Source: Bacteroidota bacterium (GTDB lineage: Bacteria > Bacteroidota > Bacteroidia > 2-12-FULL-35-15). Taken from it: a DNA stretch of 64,000 nucleotides. Both the position numbers and the translations under genes were made by a program. The notes beneath the pieces were generated by a model. The model was given only the letters and a program-made list of their open reading frames with translations. It was not told the DNA's origin and did not search any database. Below are positions 30,987-40,617 of the stretch, one piece after another. The first letter of the stretch is position 1. Each line of letters starts with the position of its first letter. The stretch is taken from positions 71,157 to 135,156 of the forward strand of contig CANFRC010000009.1 in assembly GCA_947449315.1 (NCBI GenBank). Reading direction: 5' to 3'.

Positions 30987-31988
30987 GTGTTTGCTAAAAA
31001 AATGAAAAATAAATGGAGACTAATCCAATCATATGGTAAAACATTTGTATTGTTTGCATTGCTTTGTGTTTCTTTTATTTCTTCGGCACAAGAAACAAAA
31101 GTGAATGCAACACTCAATAGTAATAATATACAAATTGGACAGCAAATAAAATTAGAATTAAGTATACAATACAGAGTAGACAAAGGCAAACAAGTAAACA
31201 TCATCTGGCCTGAGATTAACGACACCATTCGAAAAGAAGTTGAAGTAGTGAGTCAATCAAAAATTGATACCATAGTCAGCAAAAACGACCCTTTTCTTTT
31301 TACACAAACAAAAACACTTTTTGTAACCTCATTCGATTCAGGTTATTGGGCAATTCCTCCATTTAAATTTTTTGTCAATACAGATACCAATGGTATCTTA
31401 ACATCTCCGCTTTTATTACAAGTAAACACGATTCCAGTTGATACTACGGTTGCTATTAAGACCATCAAACCTCCCTACGAAGAACAATACACATGGCTAG
31501 ACTGGTTAAAAGACAACATGATTGTAGTGTATGTTGGAATAGCTGCCATACTATCCATCATTATAGCAATTTTTATTATTCGGCATTTTAGGAAGGTTCC
31601 TCCTCCAATGGTTCGTGTTGAAGTTCCAAAAATTCCTGCGCACATAATTGCTCTTGAAAAACTAGAAAAACTGACAAATGAAAAACTTTGGCAAAATGGA
31701 AAACTAAAACAATACCACATTGCTATTACAGATATTATTAGAGAATACATTGAAAACCGATTTAAAATTCAGGCATTGGAACAAACAACTGATGAAATTC
31801 TTTTCGGATTCAGAAACATTGCAATGGATGACGAAAGTCGTCAAAAACTAAAGCAGGTTCTTATCTTAGGGGATTTGGTAAAATTTGCGAAAGAGCAGCC
31901 CTTGCCGAATGAAAATGAAAAGAGTCTTCAAAACTGTTATGATTTCATAAACGGGACAAAACGAGAAGAGACAGTAGACAATAAATAG
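30987..31988 (+). CDS. hypothetical membrane-anchored protein within the Bat operon
   Basis: N-terminal signal/TM, one internal TM (MIVVYVGIAAILSIIIAIFII). Position conserved between DUF58 and batA in Bacteroides aerotolerance operons. Confidence 0.5.
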   Translation: MFAKKMKNKWRLIQSYGKTFVLFALLCVSFISSAQETKVNATLNSNNIQIGQQIKLELSIQYRVDKGKQVNIIWPEINDTIRKEVEVVSQSKIDTIVSKNDPFLFTQTKTLFVTSFDSGYWAIPPFKFFVNTDTNGILTSPLLLQVNTIPVDTTVAIKTIKPPYEEQYTWLDWLKDNMIVVYVGIAAILSIIIAIFIIRHFRKVPPPMVRVEVPKIPAHIIALEKLEKLTNEKLWQNGKLKQYHIAITDIIREYIENRFKIQALEQTTDEILFGFRNIAMDDESRQKLKQVLILGDLVKFAKEQPLPNENEKSLQNCYDFINGTKREETVDNK

Positions 31989-32015
31989 AAATAAAAATAA
32001 CAGATATTTAAAAAA

Positions 32016-33026
32016 ATGTTCGACTTTTTTAATGATATTACTTTTGCTAATAAAGAATTACGATGGTTATTCCTTGTGATCCCTTTTATTATTCTTTGGT
32101 ATTTTCTAAAAAGTAAAACGAATACAGCCGAATTAAAAACATCATCACTAAGCGGATTTGAAAATGTAAAATCTTCCTTCAAACAATATTTGAGACATCT
32201 TTTAATTGTTTTACGACTTATTGCAATTTCTGCATTAATACTTGTTTTGATGCGGCCGCAATCCAGATCAAGTTTTAAGGACGTAAAAACACAGGGGATT
32301 GATATTGTAATGGCACTAGACATTTCAGGAAGTATGCTTGCAAAAGATTTTAAACCTGATCGCATAGAAGCGGCAAAAGAAGTTGCACAAGATTTTATAG
32401 ACAGTAGGCCGAACGATAGGATTGGTTTGGTTATATTCAGCGGTGAAAGTTTTACTCAATGTCCAATTACGAGTGACCATGCCGTAATTAAAAATTTATT
32501 TGCTGGCATTCATACAGGAATGGTTGCAGATGGGACAGCCATTGGCAATGGTTTAGCTACAGCCATTTCGAGAGTAAAAGATAGTAAATCCAAAAGTAAA
32601 GTTGTCATTCTTTTAACCGATGGTGTTAATAATCAGGGATCCGTTGCACCATTAACTGCAGCTTCCATAGCAAAAGCATTCGGAGTAAGAGTGTATACCA
32701 TCGGTGTAGGAACAACAGGAAAAGCATTATCCCCTGTAGGAATCTATCCTGATGGCAGTTATGAATATGCCTATGTTGATGTGAACATTGACGAAAAAGT
32801 ACTCGGCGAAATTGCATCTTTGACAGGAGGAAAATACTTCAGAGCTACCGACAATGAAAAATTAAGAGCAACGTACAGTGAAATAGACCGTTTAGAAAAG
32901 ACCATTTTTGAAGAAAAAAACTTCACCAACAAAGCAGAACACTTTTTGCCATTTGCAATTATTGCGGCTGTTTTATTATTAATAGAATTTTTATTAAAAA
33001 ATATAGTATTTAAAAGTATCCCATAA
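32016..33026 (+). CDS. batA: aerotolerance protein BatA (membrane-anchored vWA domain)
   Basis: 2 N-terminal TM helices, then a vWA domain with MIDAS residues (DISGSM…; LLTDGVNN), C-terminal TM. Confidence 0.75.
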   Translation: MFDFFNDITFANKELRWLFLVIPFIILWYFLKSKTNTAELKTSSLSGFENVKSSFKQYLRHLLIVLRLIAISALILVLMRPQSRSSFKDVKTQGIDIVMALDISGSMLAKDFKPDRIEAAKEVAQDFIDSRPNDRIGLVIFSGESFTQCPITSDHAVIKNLFAGIHTGMVADGTAIGNGLATAISRVKDSKSKSKVVILLTDGVNNQGSVAPLTAASIAKAFGVRVYTIGVGTTGKALSPVGIYPDGSYEYAYVDVNIDEKVLGEIASLTGGKYFRATDNEKLRATYSEIDRLEKTIFEEKNFTNKAEHFLPFAIIAAVLLLIEFLLKNIVFKSIP

Positions 33027-33044
33027 TTCAATTGTCATTTAAAG

Positions 33045-34085
33045 GTGTTTCAGTTAGAAAATAAAATATATCTATACGCATTGGCTTTGATCCCTTTGTT
33101 CATTATCATTTATTGGATAATGACCCGATGGAGAAAAAAGGCATTGTTGTCATTTGGCGAACTCGCTGTTATCCAACAGCTTTACCCTGATGTTTCAAAA
33201 TCAAAACGAATCTGGAAATTTATTTTGTATCTGTTCGCATTTACTTTTTTGATAATTGGAATTGTAAATCCTCAAGTTGGAACCCGACTAGAAGAAGTAA
33301 AACGTAAAGGTGCTGACTTAATGATCTGTCTCGATGTTTCTAACAGTATGAAAGCAGAGGATCTTGCTCCAAATCGTTTAGAAAAAGCGAAACAATCGAT
33401 TTCAAAATTAATAGACAAACTGGATGGCGACCGATTAGGGGTTATAGTTTTTGGAGGAGAAGCGTATGTTCAATTACCAATTACCACAGATTATTCGGCA
33501 GCAAAGATGTTCTTAGAAAGCATTAATACGGACATGATTCCAACACAAGGTACTGCGATCGGAAAAGCAATTGACATGGCTATGGAATCATTTGGTAAAG
33601 ATGAAGGGAAAAATAAAGCCATTGTCATAATAACAGATGGGGAAAACCATGAAGATGATGCAATAAAAGCTGCTGAAGATGCCGCTGAAAAAGGGATTAC
33701 TATCCACACAATAGGCATGGGATCTGCTGAAGGAGCTCCTATCCCACTTTATAAAGGAAATGTAAGAGAAGGCTTCAGAAAAGATAAAGAAGGAAATACT
33801 ATTGTAACAAAACTTGATGAAAAGATGCTACAGGAAATTTCTGCTGCAGGTAACGGAATCTATGTAAGAGCATCTAACTCCGATGCTGGTTTAAATAATG
33901 TTCTTGAGGCATTAGATAAATTAGAAAAAAAACAGTTTGACAGCAAAATGTATAGTGATTATGAAGATCGTTTCCAATGGTTCATTGCTGTAGCATTTTT
34001 ACTCTTATTAATTGAAACATTTTTAACTGAACGGAAAAGTAAGATCTACCAACGTTTGAATTTATTTGGAAATGAAAAGAAGTAA
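33045..34085 (+). CDS. batB: aerotolerance protein BatB (vWA domain)
   Basis: Same architecture as BatA (LDVSNSM MIDAS motif; ITDGENH). Confidence 0.7.
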   Translation: MFQLENKIYLYALALIPLFIIIYWIMTRWRKKALLSFGELAVIQQLYPDVSKSKRIWKFILYLFAFTFLIIGIVNPQVGTRLEEVKRKGADLMICLDVSNSMKAEDLAPNRLEKAKQSISKLIDKLDGDRLGVIVFGGEAYVQLPITTDYSAAKMFLESINTDMIPTQGTAIGKAIDMAMESFGKDEGKNKAIVIITDGENHEDDAIKAAEDAAEKGITIHTIGMGSAEGAPIPLYKGNVREGFRKDKEGNTIVTKLDEKMLQEISAAGNGIYVRASNSDAGLNNVLEALDKLEKKQFDSKMYSDYEDRFQWFIAVAFLLLLIETFLTERKSKIYQRLNLFGNEKK

Positions 34086-34839
34086 TCAGTCCATACTTTT
34101 TAAAGCTAAACCTGCAGGCATATTTGTACTTGCATTGTGCTGTTTATTGGCAACTGTTGCAAACGCACAACAGGAGAAGAAATTCATTCACGATGGTAAT
34201 AATCAATACAAAAGCAAAGATTTTGCAGGAGCTGCAAAACAATATGAAAAGGCGGTAATTAAAAATAAAGATTCATATAAAGGAGCATTTAACTTAGGAG
34301 ATGCCTACTATAATCAAGGAAAATATGAAGATGCGGCTAACCAGTTCCAACTTCTTACGCATCGGGCAACATCAAAAGACACTTTAGCAAAAGCATATCA
34401 CAACCTTGGTAACTCATTATTAAAATCCAAAAAATACCAGGAAAGTGTTGATGCATATAAGAGTGCTTTAAAAAATAATCCAAACGATGAAGACACGCGT
34501 TACAATCTTTCTTATGCGCAACAAATGTTAAAAAAACAACAAGAGCAGCAAAAAAAACAGCAAGACAAAGACAACAAGAATAAAGACAACAAAGACAAGA
34601 AAGATAAAGATAAGAAGGACAATAAGAACAAGGATAAAAAAGAGAATAAGGATAAGCAAAACAAGGACAAACAAGACAAAGATAAAGAGGATAAAGAAAA
34701 GCAAGAGCAGAATAATATTTCGAAAGATGATGCTAAAAGAATTTTGGATGCGCTTCAAAATGATGAAAAGAACCTTCAGGATAAAGTAAAAAAAGGAAAA
34801 GTGAATGGCGTGAAAGTAAAGATTGAAAAAGATTGGTAG
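34066..34839 (+). CDS. batC: aerotolerance protein BatC (TPR repeats, K/D/N-rich low-complexity linker)
   Basis: Signal peptide, TPR units (…AYYNQGKYEDAANQF…; AYHNLGNSLLKSKKYQESVDAYKSALKNNPND…), then a KDKDNKNKD… repeat. Confidence 0.65.
   Translation: MEMKRSNQSILFKAKPAGIFVLALCCLLATVANAQQEKKFIHDGNNQYKSKDFAGAAKQYEKAVIKNKDSYKGAFNLGDAYYNQGKYEDAANQFQLLTHRATSKDTLAKAYHNLGNSLLKSKKYQESVDAYKSALKNNPNDEDTRYNLSYAQQMLKKQQEQQKKQQDKDNKNKDNKDKKDKDKKDNKNKDKKENKDKQNKDKQDKDKEDKEKQEQNNISKDDAKRILDALQNDEKNLQDKVKKGKVNGVKVKIEKDW
34549..34722 (+). repeat. in-frame low-complexity tandem repeat (aag/gac/aac/aaa codons; KDKxNK units) inside batC
   Basis: Direct inspection: repeated aagacaa(c/g)aa / aaggataaa units over ~170 nt. 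It also produces a spurious antisense ORF (34528-34758). Confidence 0.5.
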
Positions 34840-36700
34840 AATAGTAACACTAATAAAATCAGCAAAGAGAATTGATCAACAAAAAATGAGAAAAATAGTT
34901 TCCATATTATTTTTTATAGTATCATTAGTACATTACTCGGTCGGACAAAAGCTGACGGCCTCTGTCAGTTCAAGCAGAGTTGCCGTTGGGGAAGCGTTTC
35001 AGATTCAGTTTTCGTTAAGTGGTAGCGGTTCAAATTTTAAACTACCACAATTAACCGACTTTGAAATAATTGAAGGACCCTACCAGTCGTCCAGTACTTC
35101 AATCGTTAATGGTGTAGTAACACAATCGTCTTCGCTTACCTATGTTCTTGTGGGTAAAAAAGAAGGGAAATATACAATTGGACCTGCAAGTGCTTCCTCT
35201 CAAGGAAAAACGATTCAATCGAACATCGTTGATATGGATGTATTAAAAGGGAAAACGGCTGCAGGAAACCCAAACACTTCCTCCAATCAAAACTCCGCCC
35301 CATCAACGAATAACGGCACCGATGATGTAGCTGGAAATCTCTTTATTAAAACAAGTGTTAGTAAAACAAAAGTTTTTCAAGGTGAACAAATTTCTGTCAT
35401 TCAAAAAGTATATTCCCGTTTTCAATTACGAGATTTTCAAAATATACAATTCCCAAGTTATAATGGATTCTGGACTCAGGATGAACCCTTAAACAAACAG
35501 ATAACAGTTCAAAACGAAAACATTAATGGAGTAAGTTATCAGGTTGCTGAATTAAAACGAACTTTTATTTTTGCTCAAAAAAGTGGCAAATTAGAAATCG
35601 ACCCTATGAAGATCGACTGCCTTGTTCGCAAAAAATCTTCTAGAAAACCAAGAGATATTTTTGAACAATTTTTTGGTGGTGGATATGAAGATGTTGTTTG
35701 TTCCATAAAGAGTGATCCTATTACAATTGATGTATCTGCTTTACCAGAAGCCAACAAGCCTGCAGGTTTCTCAGGCGCTGTAGGAGAATATACATTTAAA
35801 GCACAGTTAAATAAAGATAAAGTAAAAGCAAATGACGGTGTAAATTTAACCATCACGCTTACAGGAAAAGGAAACATAAAACTTGTTGACCTTTCTAAAA
35901 TAGATTTCCCGGAAGATTTCGAAACATATGACCCTAAAACATCTGAAAATATTATTGTTGGAGGAAATGGCGTTAGCGGTACAAAAACATTTGATTTCTT
36001 AATGATCCCTCGTCATGAAGGAGATTACAAAATCGACCAGGTAAATTTCAGTTATTTTGACCCATCAAAAAAAGAATACATCACCATACCCTCACCAGAA
36101 TTTAATTTGCATGTTGATAAGGGTGACAACACTCCTGCAACAGTTGTTGGGTCTTCTAACAGACAGGAAGACCTGAAAGTACTGGGCAATGATATTCGAT
36201 ATATTAAAACTGATAAAATTCATTTAAAGTCGAAAGATGCATTCTTTTTTGGCTCAATACCATTCATCATTGGATTACTATCTCCACTAATAGCTTTCCT
36301 AGGTTTCATTTTTATTCGCAGAAAAAATATTGAACAAAACAAAGATATGGTTGCCGTTAAAAGTAGAAAAGCGACAAAAATGGCTAAAAAACGTTTATCA
36401 ATAGCTGAAAAACATTTGAGATCAAACAACAAAGAATTATTTTATATTGAAATATTTAAATCATTGGATGGATATATAAGTGACAAATTGAATATTCCAG
36501 TTGCTGATTTTAACAAAGAACATATTTCTCAAACATTAAAATCGAGAGACGTTTCTACTCCAACCATTTTGCTTTTAATGAAAACGCTTGACAATTGCGA
36601 GTACGCTCATTATGCGCCGAGTGCTGTTTCGGAAGACCTACAAACCATTTACACCAGTACTGTTGAACTGATCACAAATATTGAAGATGAGATCAAATAA
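34823..36700 (+). CDS. batD: aerotolerance protein BatD (oxygen-tolerance protein). The hydrophobic signal at M22 (34886) suggests a later true start.
   Basis: Large secreted/periplasmic body with a C-terminal TM (FGSIPFIIGLLSPLIAFLGFIF). Position after batC. Confidence 0.6.
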   Translation: MKKIGRIVTLIKSAKRIDQQKMRKIVSILFFIVSLVHYSVGQKLTASVSSSRVAVGEAFQIQFSLSGSGSNFKLPQLTDFEIIEGPYQSSSTSIVNGVVTQSSSLTYVLVGKKEGKYTIGPASASSQGKTIQSNIVDMDVLKGKTAAGNPNTSSNQNSAPSTNNGTDDVAGNLFIKTSVSKTKVFQGEQISVIQKVYSRFQLRDFQNIQFPSYNGFWTQDEPLNKQITVQNENINGVSYQVAELKRTFIFAQKSGKLEIDPMKIDCLVRKKSSRKPRDIFEQFFGGGYEDVVCSIKSDPITIDVSALPEANKPAGFSGAVGEYTFKAQLNKDKVKANDGVNLTITLTGKGNIKLVDLSKIDFPEDFETYDPKTSENIIVGGNGVSGTKTFDFLMIPRHEGDYKIDQVNFSYFDPSKKEYITIPSPEFNLHVDKGDNTPATVVGSSNRQEDLKVLGNDIRYIKTDKIHLKSKDAFFFGSIPFIIGLLSPLIAFLGFIFIRRKNIEQNKDMVAVKSRKATKMAKKRLSIAEKHLRSNNKELFYIEIFKSLDGYISDKLNIPVADFNKEHISQTLKSRDVSTPTILLLMKTLDNCEYAHYAPSAVSEDLQTIYTSTVELITNIEDEIK

Positions 36701-37490
36701 GCCATTCATTTTATTCAAAGAAAATTCAATGCTTTTAAAAAAAAGCATAGGATTCATTCTATTTGTTTTACTTTTTTCAACCGCCAATGCTATTGATTGC
36801 AACGCTAAGATAGATAGTGCAAATGCGAATTATGCAAAAGGTAATTATGATCAAGCTATTAGACAATACGCAACTGTTTTAGATCAGAATTTAGAATCTT
36901 CCGAACTTTATTTCAATTTAGGAAATGCATATTATAAAACAAACCAAATAGGATTGGCGATATTAAATTATGAGCGTGCAAAAAAGCTAGCACCCAATGA
37001 TGAGGATATTATTTCGAACCTAAGATTGGCAAATCAAAAGACCGAAGATAAAATTGAAGCCGCTCCTCAATTATTCTTATCCGAATGGGAAAAAGGAATT
37101 ATCGATATGACGACAGAAAAAAGTTGGTCCTACTTCTGTATCCTTTCTTTTTCCGTTTCATTAATTTTAATTGCTCTTTACATTTTGTCAACGAATCAAA
37201 AATTAAAAAAACTCGGATTTTTTGGCGGAATCGCTATTGGAATAACATCAGTAATTGTATTTTTTATTGCAAAACAAAAATATGAACACACAATAAATAT
37301 TGAAGAAGCAATTATAACTTCAGCAAGTGTAACTGTTACTGGATCACCAAGTGAAAAAGGTACAAAGCTTTTCATTCTGCACGAAGGAACAAAAGTGGTT
37401 ATTACTGAAGAAGGTGAAGAATGGACTGAAATTAAAATCGCCAATGGAAATGTTGGTTGGTTAAAATCTAAGACCATTTCTACTATTTAA
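36681..37490 (+). CDS. batE: aerotolerance protein BatE (TPR + C-terminal bacterial SH3 domain). Likely true start at M17 (36729).
   Basis: Signal peptide, TPR units, TM helix, C-terminal SH3b-like …EGEEWTEIKIANGNVGWLKSKTIS. Confidence 0.6.
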   Translation: MKMRSNKPFILFKENSMLLKKSIGFILFVLLFSTANAIDCNAKIDSANANYAKGNYDQAIRQYATVLDQNLESSELYFNLGNAYYKTNQIGLAILNYERAKKLAPNDEDIISNLRLANQKTEDKIEAAPQLFLSEWEKGIIDMTTEKSWSYFCILSFSVSLILIALYILSTNQKLKKLGFFGGIAIGITSVIVFFIAKQKYEHTINIEEAIITSASVTVTGSPSEKGTKLFILHEGTKVVITEEGEEWTEIKIANGNVGWLKSKTISTI

Positions 37491-37529
37491 TTCTTTCCTT
37501 TCATTACTTTTGTATGAAAGAACAAAAAA

Positions 37530-38027
37530 ATGCAACGAATAGCATTACTTTCCGATACACATAATTATTTAGATCATAAACTCTTTAAATATTTTGAAGC
37601 CTGCGACCAGATTTGGCATGCAGGAGATATTGGAACAATTACAATAACAGATGAATTATCAAAAATAAAACCTGTAATTGCTGTTTATGGAAATATTGAT
37701 GGACAGGATGTACGAAAAGTTCATCCGCTAAATCAACGTTTTTTTTGCGAGGATGTAGATGTATATATGACGCACATTGGAGGTTATCCTGACCGCTATT
37801 CGCTTGAAGCATTGGAAGAGATAAAAAACAACCCGCCTAAGCTGTTCATTAGTGGACATTCTCACATACTAAAAGTAATGTTCGATAAAAAATATCAATT
37901 GTTACATATCAATCCAGGAGCCGCAGGAATGCATGGTTTTCACAGGGTAAAAACAATGGTCCGTTTCTCCATAGATGCTGACAAAATAAAGGATCTAGAG
38001 GTTATTGAATTAGGAGAAAGAGCCTAA
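37530..38027 (+). CDS. metallophosphoesterase (YfcE/MJ0936-type phosphodiesterase)
   Basis: MQRIALLSDTHN…GDIG…GNID…ISGHSH calcineurin-like metal-binding motifs. 165 aa. Confidence 0.7.
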   Translation: MQRIALLSDTHNYLDHKLFKYFEACDQIWHAGDIGTITITDELSKIKPVIAVYGNIDGQDVRKVHPLNQRFFCEDVDVYMTHIGGYPDRYSLEALEEIKNNPPKLFISGHSHILKVMFDKKYQLLHINPGAAGMHGFHRVKTMVRFSIDADKIKDLEVIELGERA

Positions 38028-38279
38028 TACACGATTACCTAACCTTTATTTTTATTAACCGTTTAATTCTTAACCGTTTACAGTTCAATTAATTTCTTAA
38101 TTATTATTTGTATGTTAAAAATTCTTTGTATTATTGCAATGCGTTTCCGCTGTTATGTCTTCTCATAACAATTCACAATCTTACTTTTATCGAACAACTA
38201 AAAACACAAAACTTATATCTCATTACTACCCTTAACGATCATTCATTCGAAATGATTTTTTTAAATTAACACAAAAAAT

Positions 38280-39962
38280 ATGTACGACATTATTGAATTG
38301 AACAACAAACTTGTTGGTGAATTAAAAGACATCGCAAAAAGCTTAAACATTCCTAAGTACGAGCTCTTAAAAAAGCAAGAACTGATTTACAAAATTCTTG
38401 ACCAACAAGCCATCAATCCAACACCTTCAGATACTAAGCCTAAAAACAATAAGCCAGACGAACAAAAAATTATGCGACCACGAAAAGTTCGCTTAGAAAA
38501 TATAGATACCGAACCTAAAACAAAAGCTCAGGAATCCACTTCTTTTTTTAATGATGATGAATTTACTCCACCTGTCCAGAAAACAGAAAATGTAGTAAAT
38601 GGGAACGATTCCACATCAACTCCATCTCATGAAGTAACTCCAGAAGTTATAAAAAACACGAATGATACTGTCTCTCACCAACAATCAGAGATACAACAAC
38701 TAGAAAACGCTGCAACTGAAAACCAACATGCTCAACAAGAAAACAATAATGAAGAGAAGGATGCGGTTGGAAATATGGAGCGTAAAGAAAATAATCAAAA
38801 TCGCCAAAAATATAATAATGCGCGTCCACAAGATCTTTACAATTTCGATGGAATTGTTTCAAGTGAAGGTGTATTAGAGATAATGCCTGATGGCTACGGT
38901 TTTTTACGTTCTTCTGATTACAATTATTTAAATTCACCTGACGATGTCTATGTATCTCAATCACAAATAAAATTATTCGGACTAAAAACCGGAGATACTG
39001 TAAGAGGGACAATTCGTCCTCCCAAAGAAGGTGAAAAATATTTCCCTTTAATCAAAGTTGAAAAAATTAATGGACGCGAACCGGCATTTGTGCGTGACCG
39101 AGTTCCATTTGATTATTTAACTCCATTGTTTCCCTATGAAAAATTTAATTTAACAGGTCATCCGCAACAAAATTTATCATCACGAATTGTTGATCTGATC
39201 ACACCAATAGGAAAAGGCCAAAGAGCATTAATTGTGGCGCAACCTAAAACTGGTAAAACGGTATTATTAAAAGATATCGCAAACGCTATTGCAGCAAATC
39301 ATCCGGAAACTTATTTGATAATTCTTTTAATTGATGAACGTCCGGAAGAGGTTACAGACATGGCACGTAGTGTTAAAGCAGAAGTTATTGCATCCACTTT
39401 TGATGAGCCTGCTGATCGTCACGTAAAGATTGCAAATATCGTTTTAGAAAAAGCAAAAAGGATGGTAGAATGCGGACACGATGTTTGTATTTTACTAGAC
39501 TCAATTACTCGTTTAGCACGTGCATACAACACCGTTCAACCTGCATCAGGAAAAGTATTAAGCGGTGGTGTGGATGCAAATGCATTACATAAACCTAAAC
39601 GCTTTTTTGGAGCAGCACGTAAAATAGAAGGAGGCGGTTCATTAACAATCATAGCAACAGCATTAACTGAAACAGGATCTAAAATGGATGAAGTGATCTT
39701 TGAGGAATTCAAAGGAACAGGTAACTCCGAGATCCAACTGGATCGTAAGATCGCTAATAAACGTATTTATCCTGCAATTGATATTGTCGCTTCAAGTACC
39801 CGAAGAGATGACCTTTTAGTTGATAAAGAAACACAACAGCGTGTTTGGATATTACGTAAACATTTGTCTGACATGAACCCTGTTGAAGCTATGGAATTTA
39901 TGAAGGACAGAATCAAAAATACGCAAACAAACGAAGAGTTTTTGATTTCAATGAATGGTTAG
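38280..39962 (+). CDS. rho: transcription termination factor Rho (with Bacteroidota-type N-terminal insertion domain)
   Basis: N-terminal [25 protein letters not shown]; ~150-aa N/Q/E-rich insertion; OB/CSD region ([14 protein letters not shown]); Walker A ([17 protein letters not shown]); Q and R loops. Confidence 0.9.
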   Translation: MYDIIELNNKLVGELKDIAKSLNIPKYELLKKQELIYKILDQQAINPTPSDTKPKNNKPDEQKIMRPRKVRLENIDTEPKTKAQESTSFFNDDEFTPPVQKTENVVNGNDSTSTPSHEVTPEVIKNTNDTVSHQQSEIQQLENAATENQHAQQENNNEEKDAVGNMERKENNQNRQKYNNARPQDLYNFDGIVSSEGVLEIMPDGYGFLRSSDYNYLNSPDDVYVSQSQIKLFGLKTGDTVRGTIRPPKEGEKYFPLIKVEKINGREPAFVRDRVPFDYLTPLFPYEKFNLTGHPQQNLSSRIVDLITPIGKGQRALIVAQPKTGKTVLLKDIANAIAANHPETYLIILLIDERPEEVTDMARSVKAEVIASTFDEPADRHVKIANIVLEKAKRMVECGHDVCILLDSITRLARAYNTVQPASGKVLSGGVDANALHKPKRFFGAARKIEGGGSLTIIATALTETGSKMDEVIFEEFKGTGNSEIQLDRKIANKRIYPAIDIVASSTRRDDLLVDKETQQRVWILRKHLSDMNPVEAMEFMKDRIKNTQTNEEFLISMNG

Positions 39963-40015
39963 TTTCTTAACTAGGCTCATGGTTAACAAACGATAATTTT
40001 TTTAGATTTTTTTAT

Positions 40016-40534
40016 ATGAAGATTGGAATAAACGTAAGATTAGGAATTGCCGCAGGATGTATCAATTGTATCGCCTGGTATGCTTTCGCAAAAAAATTAG
40101 GCTTTTATTCTATTGACGTCTATATCTACAGAAATTATGTAACGCTTGCCGTTTTAATTCTTGGTGTGTTTCTATCCGTTTTTTTAACAAAAAGAAAAAA
40201 CAAAAGTTTTTTAGAGTTCAAAGAAGGGTTAAAAACTGGGGTGCTTTATAGTATAGTATTGGCATGTATTCTCGGAATTTTCAACTACATCTATTACACC
40301 TACATCACTCCTGACACCATCGATTATTTTCTTAGCGAAGCAAAAAAATCTGCCATCGCGCATCACCTATCAGAAGCTGATCTTACAAAATTTTTAGCTG
40401 GTGAAAAGAGCAATTTCAGTTCGTTTAAACTGATTCCTCCAATTATTTTCTTTGGATTGATCTCTTCACTTTTAGCTGCATCTGCTTTTCAGAAAAAAAA
40501 TCCAGCTAATCCTATTTCGGAAAACGAAAACTAA
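40016..40534 (+). CDS. DUF4199-like small membrane protein (4 TM)
   Basis: 172 aa, four hydrophobic helices. No enzymatic motif. Confidence 0.4.
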   Translation: MKIGINVRLGIAAGCINCIAWYAFAKKLGFYSIDVYIYRNYVTLAVLILGVFLSVFLTKRKNKSFLEFKEGLKTGVLYSIVLACILGIFNYIYYTYITPDTIDYFLSEAKKSAIAHHLSEADLTKFLAGEKSNFSSFKLIPPIIFFGLISSLLAASAFQKKNPANPISENEN

Positions 40535-40617
40535 GTTGAAAATTTGTTACATTTATTTTTTCCTCTCCTGAACAATCAGCCTTATTGATTGTTCAAGAAA
40601 AAAGACAATTAATCCCG

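Noticed and set aside
3353-32817. Numerous 60-140-aa antisense ORFs inside uvrA, AsmA, FTCD, BatA and other genes (e.g. 3353-3544, 11705-11923, 18441-18857, 24016-24316, 32626-32817)
   Set aside because: They all lie within, and antisense to or out of frame with, well-supported long genes. They show biased composition typical of shadow ORFs.
34528-34758. 76-aa minus-strand ORF rich in Phe/Leu/Ile
   Set aside because: It is the antisense of the KD-rich low-complexity repeat inside batC. Translating a poly-aag/gac repeat backwards gives ctt/gtc codons. It is not a gene.
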